Program-made: the position numbers and the translations under genes
In this document: piece after piece, positions 24,329 to 35,729 of the stretch
How the letters are laid out: each line of letters starts with the position of its first letter
Numbering within the stretch: the stretch's first letter is position 1
Notes under the pieces: generated by a model
Seen by the model: the letters and a program-made list of their open reading frames with translations, nothing else
Told to the model about the DNA's origin: nothing
Databases searched by the model: none
Source of the DNA: Eledone cirrhosa
Taxonomy: Eukaryota
NCBI GenBank assembly: GCA_964016885.1
Contig: OZ024744.1
Span: forward strand, 130,448,001 to 130,512,000
Reading direction: 5' to 3'
Length of the DNA stretch: 64,000 nt

Positions 24329-26687
24329 AGTCGGGGTTAAGTTAAGTTGGCGTTAAGTTAGGCTTAACTTAAGTTGGGGGTAAGTTAAGTTGGGGGTAAG
24401 TTAAGTTGGGGTTAAGTTAAGTTGCGGTTAAGTTGGGGTTAAGTTAAGTTGGGGCTAAGTTAAGTTGGGGCTGAGTTAAGTTGGGGTTAAGTTAAGTTGG
24501 GGTTAAGTTAAGTTGGGGTTAATTTAAGTTGGGGTTTATTTAAGTTGGGGTTAAGTTAAGTTGGGGTTCAGTTAAGTTGGAGTTAAGTTAAGTTGGGGTT
24601 AAGATGGGGTTAAATTAAGTTGGGGTTAAGTTAAGTTTGAGTTTAAGTTAAGTTGGGGTTAAGTTAAGTTGGGGTTAAGTTAAGTTGGGATTAAGTTAAG
24701 TTGGTTAGTTAAGTTGAGTTTAAGTTAAGTTGGGGTTAATTTAAGTTGGGGTTAAGTTAAGCTGGGGTTAAGTTAAGTTGGGGTTAAGTTAAGTTGGGGT
24801 TAATTTAAGTTGGGGTTAATTTAAGTCGGGGTTAAGTTAAGTTGTGGTTGAGTTAAGTTGGGGTTAATTTAAGTTGGGGCTAAGTTAATTTGTGGTTAAG
24901 TTAAGTTGGGGTTAAGTTAAGTTGGGGTTAAGTTAAGTTGGGGTTGAGTTAAGTTGGGGTTGAGTTAATTTGGGGTTAAGTTAAGTTGGGGTTAAGTTAA
25001 GTTGGGTTTAAGTTAAGTTGGGGTTAAATTAAGTTGGGGTTAAGTTAAGTTGGGGGTAAGTTAAGTTGGGGGCAAGTTAAGTTGGGGTTAATTTAAGTTG
25101 GGGTTAAATTAAGTTGGGGTTACGTTAAGTTGGTGTTAAGTTAAGTTGGGGTTAATTTAAGTTGGGGTTGAGTTAAGTTGGGGTTCAGTTAAGTTGGGGA
25201 TAAGTTAAGTTGGGGTTAAGTTAAGTTGGGGTTAATTAAGTTGGGGTTAAGTTAAGTTGGGGTTAAGTTAAGTTGGGGCTAAGTTAAGTTGGGACTGAGT
25301 TAAGTTGGGGCTGAGTTAAGTTGGGGTTAAGTTAAGTTGGGGTTGAGTTAAGTTGGGGTTAAGTTAAGTTGGGGTCAAGTTAAGCTGGGGTTAAGTTGGG
25401 GTTAAGTTAAGTTAGGTTTAAGTTAAGTTGGGGTTAAGTTAAGTTGGGGTTAAGTTAAGTTGGGGTTAAGTTAAGTTGGGGTTAAGTTAATTTGTGGTTT
25501 AGTTAAGTTTGGGTTAAGTTAAGTTGGGGTTAAGTTAAGTTGGGGTTAAGTTAAGTCGTGGTTAAGTTACGTTGGGGTTAAGTTAAGTTGGAGTTAAGTT
25601 AAGTTGGGGTTAAGTTAAGTTGGGGTTAAGTTAAGTTGGCGTTAAGTTAAGTTGGGGTTAAGTTAAGTTGAGGTTTAGTTAAGTTGGGGTTAAATTAAGT
25701 TGGGGTTAAGTTAAGTTGGGGTTAAGTTAAGTTGGGGATAAGTTAAGTTGGGGATAATTTAAGTTGGGGTTAAGTTAAGTTGGGGTTAAGTTAAGTTGGG
25801 GTTAAGTTAAGTTGGGGATAAGTTAAGTTGGGGTTAAGTTAAGTTGGGGTTAAGTTAAGTTGGGGTTAAGTTAAGTTGGGGCTAAGTTAAGTTGGGGCTG
25901 AGTTAAGTTGGGGTTAAGTTAAGTTGGGGGTTAAGTTAAGTTGGGGTTAATTTAAGTTGGGGTTTATTTAAGTTGGGGTTAAGTTAAGTTGGGGTTCATT
26001 TAAGTTGGGGTTAAGTTAAGTTGGGGTTAAGATGGGGTTAAATTAAGTTGGGGTTAAGTTAAGTTGGGGTTAAGTTAAGTTGGGGTTAAGTTAAGTTGGG
26101 GTTAAGTTAAGTCGGGGTTAAGTTAAGTCGGGGTTAAGTTAAGTTAGGGTTGAGTTAAGTTGGGGTTAAGTTAAGTTGGGGTTGAGTTAAGTTGGGGTTG
26201 AGTTAAATTGGGGTTGAGTTAAGTTGGGGTTGAGTTAAGTTGGTGTTGAGTTAAGTTGGGGTTAAGTTAAGTTGGGGTTAAGTTAAGTTGCAGTTAAGTT
26301 AAGTTGAGGTTAAGTTAAGGTGCGGTTAAGTTAAGTTGGGGTTAAGTTAAGTTGGGGCTAAGTTAAGTTGGGGCTAAGTTAAGTTGGGGCTAAGTTAAGT
26401 TGGGGTTAAGTTACGTTGGGGTTAAGTTAAGTCGGGGTTAAGTTAAGTTGGGGTTAAGTTAAGTTGGGGTTAATTTAAGTTGGGGTTAAGTTAAGTTGGG
26501 GTTAAGTTAAGTTGGGGTTAAGTTAAGTTGGGGTTAAGTTGGGTTTAAGTTAAGTTGGGGTTAAGTTAAGTTGGGGTCAAGGTAAGTTGGGGTTAAGTTA
26601 AGTTGGTTAGTTAAGTTGAGTTTAAGTTAAGTTGGGGTTAATTTAAGTTGGGGTTAAGTTAAGTTGGGGTTAAGTTAAGTTGGGGTT

Positions 26688-26810
26688 AACCCCAACTTAA
26701 CTTAACCCCAACTTAACTTAACCCCAACTTCACTCAACCCCAACGTAACTCAACCCCAATTTAACTTAACCCCAACTTCACTCAACCCCAACTTAACTTA
26801 ACCCCAACTT
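26688..26810 (-). repeat. Inverted satellite island 7 (truncated 216-bp class, ~123 bp)
   Basis: Has CCCCAATTTAAC but lacks the distal units and the standard exit; leaves through the perfect palindrome CCCCAACTT|AAGTTGGGG. Confidence 0.93.
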
Positions 26811-28035
26811 AAGTTGGGGGTAAGTTAAGTTGGGGGTAAGTTAAGTTGGGGTTAAGTTAAGTTGCGGTTAAGTTGGGGTTAAGTTAAGTTAGGGTTAAGT
26901 TAAGTTGGCGTTGAGTTAAGTTGGGGTTAATTAAGTGGTGGTTATGTTAAGTTGGGGTTAATTTAAATTGGGGTGAAGTTAACTTTGTGGTTAAGTTAAG
27001 TTGGGGTTAAGTTAAGTTGGGGTTAAGTTGGGGTTGAGTTAAGTTGGGGTTGAGTGAAGTTGGGGTTAAGTTAAGTTGGGGTAAAGTTAAGTTGGGGTTA
27101 AGTTAAGTCGGGGTTAAGTTAAGTTGTGGTTGAGTTAAGTTGGGGTTAATTTAAGTTGGGGCTAAGTTAATTTGTGGTTAAGTTAAGTTGGGGTTAAGTT
27201 AAGTTGGGGTTAAGTTAAGTTGGGGTTAAGTTAAGTTGCAGTTAAGTTAAGTTGAGGTTAAGTCAAGTTGGGGTTAAGTTAAGTTGGGGTTAAGTTAACT
27301 TGGGGTTCAGTTAAGTTGGGGCTAAGTTAAGTTGGGGTTAAGATGGGGTTAAATTAAGTTGGGGTTAAGTTAAGTTGGGGTTAAGTTAAGTTGGGGTTAA
27401 GTTAAGTTGGGGTTAAGTTAAGTCGGGGTTAAGTTAAGTCGGGGTTAAGTTAAGTTAGGGTTCAGTTAAGTTGGGGTTAAGTTAAGTTGGGGTTGAGTTA
27501 AGTTGGGGTTGAGTTAAATTGGGGTTGAGTTAAGTTGGGGTTGAGTTAAGTTGGTGTTGAGTTAAGTTGGGGTTAAGTTAAGTTGGGGTTAAGTTAAGTT
27601 GCAGTTAAGTTAAGTTGAGGTTAAGTTAAGGTGCGGTTAAGTTAAGTTGGGGTTAAGTTAAGTTGGGGCTAAGTTAAGTTGGGGCTAAGTTAAGTTGGGG
27701 CTAAGTTAAGTTGGGGTTAAGTTACGTTGGGGTTAAGTTAAGTCGGGGCTAAGTTAAGTTGGGGTTAAGTTAAGTTGGGGTTAATTTAAGTTGGGGTTGA
27801 GTTAAGTTGGGGTTAAGTTTAGTTGGGGTTAAGTTAAGTTGGGGTTAAGTTAAGTTGGGTTTAAGTTAAGTTGGGGTTAAGTTAAGTTGGGGTCAAGTTA
27901 AGTTGGGGTTAAGTTAAATTGGTTAGTTAAGTTGAGTTTAAGTTAAGTTGGGATTAATTTAAGTTGGGGTTAAGTTAAGTTGGGGTTAAGTTAATTTGGG
28001 GTTAAGTTAAGTTGGGGTTAAGTTAAGTTGGGGTT

Positions 28036-28219
28036 AACCCCAACTTAACTTAACCCCAACTTCACTCAACCCCAACGTAACTCAACCCCAACTTAACTTA
28101 ACCCCAACTTCACTCAACCCCAAATTAACTTAACCCCAACTTCACTCAACCCCAACTTAAGTCAACCCCAACTTAACTTAACCCCAACTTGACTTAACCC
28201 CAACTTAACTTAAGCCCAA
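28036..28219 (-). repeat. Inverted satellite island 8 (184-bp class)
   Basis: Lacks the TTAGCCCC unit; exit GCCCAAAGTCGGAG. Confidence 0.95.
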
Positions 28220-30316
28220 AGTCGGAGTTAAGTTAAGTTGGCGTTAAGTTAAGTTAGGTTTAACTTAAGTTGGGGGTAAGTTAAGTTGGGGGTAAGTTAA
28301 GTTGGGGTTAAGTTAAGTTGCGGTTAAGTTGGGGTTAAGTTAAGTTAGGGTTAAGTTAAGTTGGCGTTGAGTTAAGTTGGGGTTAATTAAGTGGTGGTTA
28401 TGTTAAGTTGGGGTTAATTTAAATTGGGGTGAAGTTAACTTTGTGGTTAAGTTAAGTTGGGGTTAAGTTAAGTTGGGGTTAAGTTGGGGTTGAGTTAAGT
28501 TGGGGTTGAGTGAAGTTGGGGTTAAGTTAAGTTGGGGTAAAGTTAAGTTGGGGTTAAGTTAAGTCGGGGTTAAGTTAAGTTGTGGTTGAGTTAAGTTGGG
28601 GTTAATTTAAGTTGGGGCTAAGTTAATTTGTGGTTAAGTTAAGTTGGGGTTAAGTTAAGTTGGGGTTAAGTTAAGTTGGGGTTAAGTTAAGTTGCAGTTA
28701 AGTTAAGTTGAGGTTAAGTTAAGTTGGGGTTAAGTTAAGTTGGGGTTAAGTTAAGTTGGGGCTAAGTTAAGTTGGGGCTAAGTTAAGTTGGGGCTAAGTT
28801 AAGTTGGGGTTAAGTTAAGTTGGGGTTAAGTTAAGTTGGGGTTAAGTTAAGTTGGGGTTAAGTTAAGTTGGGGTTAAGTTAAGTTGGTGTTAAGTTAAGT
28901 TGGGGCTAAGTTAAGTTGGGGCTGAGTTAAGTTGGGGCTGAGTTAAGTTGGGGTTAAGTTAAGTTGGGGTTGAGTTAAGTTGGGGTTAAGTTAAGTTGGG
29001 GTCAAGTTAAGTTGGGGTTAAGTTGGGGTTAAGTTAAGTTAGGTTTAAGTTAAGTTGGGGTTAAGTTAAGTTGGGGTTAAGTTAAGTTGGGGTTAAGTTA
29101 AGTTGGGGTTAAGTTAATTTGTGGTTAAGTTAAGTTGGGGTTAAGTTAAGTTGGGGTTAAGTTAAGTCGGGGTTAAGTTAAGTTGGGGTTAAGTTAAGTT
29201 GGGGTTAATTTAAGTTGGGGTTAAGTTAAGTTGGGGTTAAGTTAAGTTGGGGATAATTTAAGTTGGGGTTAAGTTAAGTTTGGGTTTAAGTTAAGTTGGG
29301 GTTAAGTTAAGTTGGGGTTAAGTTAAGTTGGGGTTAAGTTAAGTTGGTTAGTTAAGTTGAGTTTAAGTTAAGTTGGGGTTAATTTAAGTTGGGGTTAAGT
29401 TAAGCTGGGGTTAAGTTAAGTTGGGGTTAAGTTAAGTTGGGGTTAATTTAAGTTGGGGTTAAGTTAAGTTGCGGGTAATTTAAGTTGGGGTTAAGTTAAG
29501 TTGGGGTTAAGTTAAGTTGGGGTTAAGTTAAGTTGGGATTAAGTTAAGTTGGGGCTAATTTAAGTTGGGGCTGAGTTAAGTTGGGGTTAAGTTAAGTTGG
29601 GGTTAAGTTAAGTTGGGGTTAAGTTAAGTTGGGGTTAAGTTAAGTTGGGGTTTATTTAAGTTGGGGTTAAGTTAAGTTGGGGTTCAGTTAAGTTGGGGTT
29701 CAGTTAAGTTGGGGTTAAGTTAAGTTGGGGTTAAGATGAGGTTAAATTACGTTGGAGTTAAGTTAAGTTGGGGTTAAGTTAAGTTGGGGTTAAGTTAAGT
29801 TGGGGTTAAGTTAAGTCGGGGTTAATTTAAGTCGGGGTTAAGTTAAGTTAGGGTTCAGTTAAGTTGGGGTTAAGTTAAGTTGGGCTTGAGTTAAGTTGGG
29901 GTTGAGTTAAATTGGGGTTGAGTTAAGTTGGGGTTGAGTTAAGTTGGTGTTGAGTTAAGTTGGGGTTAAGTTAAGTTGGGGTTAAGTTAAGTTGCAGTTA
30001 AGTTAAGTTGAGGTTAAGTTAAGGTGCGGTTAAGTTTAGTTGGGCTTAAGTTAAGTTGGGGCTAAGTTAAGTTGGGGCTAAGTTAAGTTGGGGCTAAGTT
30101 AAGTTGGGGTTAAGTTAAGTTGGGGTTAAGTTAAGTCGGGGTTAAGTTAAGTTGGGGTTAAGTTAAGTTGGGGTTAAGTTAAGTTGGGGTTAAGTTAAGT
30201 TGGTTAGTTAAGTTGAGTTTAAGTTAAGTTGGGGTTAATTTAAGTTGGGGTTAAGTTAAGTTGGGGTTGAGTTACGTTGGGGTTGAGTGAAGTTGGGGTT
30301 AAGTTAAGTTGGGGTT

Positions 30317-30459
30317 AACCCCAACTTAACTTAACCCCAACTTAACTTAACCCCAACTTCACTCAACCCCAACTTAACTTAACCCCAACTTCACTCAACC
30401 CCAACTTCCAACTTGACTTAACCCCAACTTAACTTAGCCCCAACTTAACTTAAGCCCAA
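30317..30459 (-). repeat. Inverted satellite island 9 (175-bp class with flipped centre, ~143 bp)
   Basis: Has AACTTCCAACTTGAC; lacks the AACGTAACTC unit, whose reverse complement GAGTTACGTT lies just left of the centre (30263-30278 unit). Confidence 0.94.
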
Positions 30460-32068
30460 AGTCGGGGTTAAGTTAAGTTGGCGTTAAGTTAAGTTGGCGT
30501 TAAGTTAAGTTAGGCTTAACTTAAGTTGGGGTTCAGTTAAGTTGGGGGTAAGTTAAGTTGGGGTTAAGTTAAGTTAGGGTTAAGTTAAGTTGGGGTTGAG
30601 TTAAGTTGGGGTTAATTAAGTGGTGGTTATGTTAAGTTGGGGTTAAGTTAAGTTGGGGTTAATTTAAATTGGGGTTAAGTTAACTTTGTGGTTAAGTTAA
30701 GTTGGGGTTAAGTTAAGTTGGGGTAAAGTTGGGGTTGAGTTAAGTTGGGGTTGAGTGAAGTTGGGGTTAAGTTAAGTTGGGGTTAAGTTAAGTTGGGGTT
30801 AAGATAAGTCGGGGTTAAGTTAAGTTGTGGTTGAGTTAAGTTGGGGTTAATTTAAGTTGGGGCTAAGTTAATTTGTGGTTAAGTTAAGTTGGGGTTAAGT
30901 TAAGTTGGGGTTAAGTTAAGTTGGGGTTGAGTTAAGTTGGGGCTAAGTTAATTTGGGGTTAAGTTAAGTTGGGGTTAAGTTAAGTTGGGTTTAAGTTAAG
31001 TTGGGGTTAAATTAAGTTGGGGTTAAATTAAGTTGGGGTTAAGTTAAGTTGGGGGTAAGTTAAGTTGGGGCTGAGTTAAGTTGGGGTTAAGTTAAGTTGA
31101 GGTTAAGTTAAGTTGGGGTTAAATTAAGTTGGGGTTAAGTTAAGTTGGGGTTAAGTTAAGTTGGGGATAAGTTAAGTTGGGGATAATTTAAGTTGGGGTT
31201 AAGTTAAGTTGGGGTTAAGTTAAGTTGGGGTTAAGTTAAGTTGGGGATAAGTTAAGTTGGGGTTAAGTTAAGTTGGGGTTAAGTTAAGTTGGGGTTAAGT
31301 TAAGTTGGGGCTAAGTTAAGTTGGGGCTGAGTTAAGTTGGGGTTAAGTTAAGTTGGGGGTTAAGTTAAGTTGGGGTTAATTTAAGTTGGGGTTTATTTAA
31401 GTTGGGGTTAAGTTAAGTTGGGGTTCAGTTAAGTTGGGGTTAAGTTAAGTTGGGGTTAAGATGGGGTTAAATTAAGTTGGGGTTAAGTTAAGTTGGGGTT
31501 AAGTTAAGTTGGGGTTAAGTTAAGTTGGGGTTAAGTTAAGTCGGGGTTAAGTTAAGTCGGGGTTAAGTTAAGTTAGGGTTCAGTTAAGTTGGGGTTAAGT
31601 TAAGTTGGGGTTGAGTTAAGTTGGGGTTGAGTTAAATTGGGGTTGAGTTAAGTTGGGGTTGAGTTAAGTTGGTGTTGAGTTAAGTTGGGGTTAAGTTAAG
31701 TTGGGGTTAAGTTAAGTTGCAGTTAAGTTAAGTTGAGGTTAAGTTAAGGTGCGGTTAAGTTAAGTTGGGGTTAAGTTAAGTTGGGGCTAAGTTAAGTTGG
31801 GGCTAAGTTAAGTTGGGGTTAAGTTACGTTGGGGTTAAGTTAAGTCGGGGTTAAGTTAAGTTGGGGTTAAGTTAAGTTGGGGTTAATTTAAGTTGGGGTT
31901 AAGTTAAGTTGGGGTTAAGTTAAGTTGGGGTTAAGTTAAGTTGGGGTTAAGTTGGGTTTAAGTTAAGTTGGGGTTAAGTTAAGTTGGTTAGTTAAGTTGA
32001 GTTTAAGTTAAGTTGGGGTTAATTTAAGTTGGGGTTAAGTTAAGTTGGGTTTAAGTTAAGTTGGGGTT

Positions 32069-32284
32069 AACCCCAACTTAACTTAACCCCAACTTAACTT
32101 AACCCCAACTTCACTCAACCCCAACGTAACTCAACCCCAATTTAAATTAACCCCAACTTCACTCAACCCCAACTTAACTTAACCCCAACTTCACTCAATC
32201 CCAACTTAAGTCAACCCCAACTTAACTTAACCCCAACTTGACTTAACCCCAACTTAACTTAGCCCCAACTTAACTTAAGCCCAA
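32069..32284 (-). repeat. Inverted satellite island 10 (216-bp class)
   Basis: Variants CCCCAATTTAAATTAA and CTCAATCCCAA; standard junctions. Confidence 0.95.
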
Positions 32285-33556
32285 AGTCGGGGTTAAGTTA
32301 AGTTGGCGTTAAGTTAAGTTAGGCTTAACTTAAGTTGGGGGTAAGTTAAGTTGGGGGTAAGTTAAGTTGGGGTTAAGTTAAGTTGCGGTTAAGTTGGGGT
32401 TAAGTTAAGTTAGGGTTAAGTTAAGTTGGCGTTGAGTTAAGTTGGGGTTAATTAAGTGGTGGTTATGTTAAGTTGGGGTTAATTTAAATTGGGGTGAAGT
32501 TAACTTTGTGGTTAAGTTAAGTTGGGGTTAAGTTAAGTTGGGGTTAAGTTGGGGTTGAGTTAAGTTGGCGTTGAGTGAAGTTGGGGTTAAGTTAAGTTGG
32601 GGTAAAGTTAAGTTGGGGTTAAGTTAAGTCGGGGTTAAGTTAAGTTGTGGTTGAGTTAAGTTGGGGTTAATTTAAGTTGGGGCTAAGTTAATTTGTGGTT
32701 AAGTTAAGTTGGGGTTAAGTTAAGTTGGGGTTAAGTTAAGTTGGGGTTAAGTTAAGTTGCAGTTAAGTTAAGTTGAGGTTAAGTCAAGTTGGGGTTAAGT
32801 TAAGTTGGGGTTAAGTTAACTTGGGGTTCAGTTAAGTTGGGGCTAAGTTAAGTTGGGGTTAAGATGGGGTTAAATTAAGTTGGGGTTAAGTTAAGTTGGG
32901 GTTAAGTTAAGTTGGGGTTAAGTTAAGTTGGGGTTAAGTTAAGTCGGGGTTAAGTTAAGTCGGGGTTAAGTTAAGTTAGGGTTCAGTTAAGTTGGGGTTA
33001 AGTTAAGTTGGGGTTGAGTTAAGTTGGGGTTGAGTTAAATTGGGGTTGAGTTAAGTTGGGGTTGAGTTAAGTTGGTGTTGAGTTAAGTTGGGGTTAAGTT
33101 AAGTTGGGGTTAAGTTAAGTTGCAGTTAAGTTAAGTTGAGGTTAAGTTAAGGTGCGGTTAAGTTAAGTTGGGGTTAAGTTAAGTTGGGGCTAAGTTAAGT
33201 TGGGGCTAAGTTAAGTTGGGGCTAAGTTAAGTTCGGGTTAAGTTACGTTGGGGTTAAGTTAAGTCGGGGCTAAGTTAAGTTGGGGTTAAGTTAAGTTGGG
33301 GTTAATTTAAGTTGGGGTTGAGTTAAGTTGGGGTTAAGTTTAGTTGGGGTTAAGTTAAGTTGGGGTTAAGTTAAGTTGGGTTTAAGTTAAGTTGGGGTTA
33401 AGTTAAGTTGGGGTCAAGTTAAGTTGGGGTTAAGTTAAGTTGGTTAGTTAAGTTGAGTTTAAGTTAAGTTGGGGTTAATTTAAGTTGGGGTTAAGTTAAG
33501 TTGGGGTTAAGTTAATTTGGGGTTAAGTTAAGTTGGGGTTAAGTTAAGTTGGGGTT

Positions 33557-33740
33557 AACCCCAACTTAACTTAACCCCAACTTCACTCAACCCCAACGTA
33601 ACTCAACCCCAACTTAACTTAACCCCAACTTCACTCAACCCCAACTTAACTTAACCCCAACTTCACTCAACCCCAACTTAAGTCAACCCCAACTTAACTT
33701 AACCCCAACTTGACTTAACCCCAACTTAACTTAAGCCCAA
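33557..33740 (-). repeat. Inverted satellite island 11 (184-bp class)
   Basis: Lacks the TTAGCCCC unit; exit GCCCAAAGTCGGAG. Confidence 0.95.
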
Positions 33741-35554
33741 AGTCGGAGTTAAGTTAAGTTGGCGTTAAGTTAAGTTAGGCTTAACTTAAGTTGGGGGTAA
33801 GTTAAGTTGGGGGTAAGTTAAGTTGGGGTTAAGTTAAGTTGCGGTTAAGTTGGGGTTAAGTTAAGTTAGGGTTAAGTTAAGTTGGCGTTGAGTTAAGTTG
33901 GGGTTAATTAAGTGGTGGTTATGTTAAGTTGGGGTTAATTTAAATTGGGGTGAAGTTAACTTTGTGGTTAAGTTAAGTTGCAGTTAAGTTAAGTTGAGGT
34001 TAAGTTAAGTTGGGGTTAAGTTAAGTTGGGGTTAAGTTAAGTTGGGGCTAAGTTAAGTTGGGGCTAAGTTAAGTTGGGGCTAAGTTAAGTTGGGGTTAAG
34101 TTAAGTTGGGGTTAAGTTAAGTTGGGGTTAAGTTAAGTTGGGGTTAAGTTAAGTTGGTGTTAAGTTAAGTTGGGGCTAAGTTAAGTTGGGGCTGAGTTAA
34201 GTTGGGGCTGAGTTAAGTTGGGATTAAGTTAAGTTGGGGTTGAGTTAAGTTGGGGTTAAGTTAAGTTGGGGTCAAGTTAAGTTGGGGTTAAGTTGGGGTT
34301 AAGTTAAGTTAGGTTTAAGTTAAGTTGGGGTTAAGTTAAGTTGGGGTTAAGTTAAGTTGGAGTTAAGTTAAGTTGGGGTTAAGTTAAGTTGGGGTTAAGT
34401 TAATTTGTGGTTAAGTTAAGTTGGGGTTAAGTTAAGTTGGGGTTAAGTTAAGTCGGGGTTAAGTTAAGTTGGGGTTAAGTTAAGTTGGGGTTAATTTAAG
34501 TTGGGGTTAAGTTAAGTTGGGGTTAAGTTAAGTTGGGGATAATTTAAGTTGGGGTTAAGTTAAGTTTGGGTTTAAGTTAAGTTGGGGTTAAGTTAAGTTG
34601 GGGTTAAGTTAAGTTGGGGTTAAGTTAAGTTGGTTAGTTAAGTTGAGTTTAAGTTAAGTTGGGGTTAATTTAAGTTGGGGTTAAGTTAAGCTGGGGTTAA
34701 GTTAAGTTGGGGTTAAGTTAAGTTGGGGTTAATTTAAGTTGGGGTTAAGTTAAGTTGCGGGTAATTTAAGTTGGGGTTAAGTTAAGTTGGGGTTAAGTTA
34801 AGTTGGGGTTAAGTTAAGTTGGGGTTAAGTTAAGTTGGGGTTAAGTTAAGTTGGGGCTAATTTAAGTTGGGGCTGAGTTAAGTTGGGGTTAAGTTAAGTT
34901 GGGGTTAAGTTAAGTTGGGGTTAAGTTAAGTTGGGGTTTATTTAAGTTGGGGTTAAGTTAAGTTGGGGTTCAGTTAAGTTGGGGTTCAGTTAAGTTGGGG
35001 TTAAGATGGGGTTAAATTACGTTGGAGTTAAGTTAAGTTGGGGTTAAGTTAAGTTGGGGTTAAGTTAAGTTGGGGTTAAGTTAAGTCGGGGTTAATTTAA
35101 GTCGGGGTTAAGTTAAGTTAGGGTTCAGTTAAGTTGGGGTTAAGTTAAGTTGGGCTTGAGTTAAGTTGGGGTTGAGTTAAATTAGGGTTGAGTTAAGTTG
35201 GGGTTGAGTTAAGTTGGTGTTGAGTTAAGTTGGGGTTAAGTTAAGTTGGGGTTAAGTTAAGTTGCAGTTAAGTTAAGTTGAGGTTAAGTTAAGGTGCGGT
35301 TAAGTTAAGTTGGGCTTAAGTTAAGTTGGGGCTAAGTTAAGTTGGGGCTAAGTTAAGTTGGGGCTAAGTTAAGTTGGGGTTAAGTTAAGTTGGGGTTAAG
35401 TTAAGTCGGGGTTAAGTTAAGTTGGGGTTAAGTTAAGTTGGGGTTAAGTTAAGTTGGGGTTAAGTTAAGTTGGTTAGTTAAGTTGAGTTTAAGTTAAGTT
35501 GGGGTTAATTTAAGTTGGGGTTAAGTTAAGTTGGGGTTAAGTTAAGTTGGGGTT

Positions 35555-35729
35555 AACCCCAACTTAACTTAACCCCAACTTCACTCAACCCCAACGTAAC
35601 TCAACCCCAACTTAACTTAACCCCAACTTCACTCAACCCCAACTTAACTTAACCCCAACTTCACTCAACCCCAACTTCCAACTTGACTTAACCCCAACTT
35701 AACTTAGCCCCAACTTAACTTAAGCCCAA
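35555..35729 (-). repeat. Inverted satellite island 12 (175-bp class)
   Basis: AACTTCCAACTTGAC; standard junctions. Confidence 0.95.
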
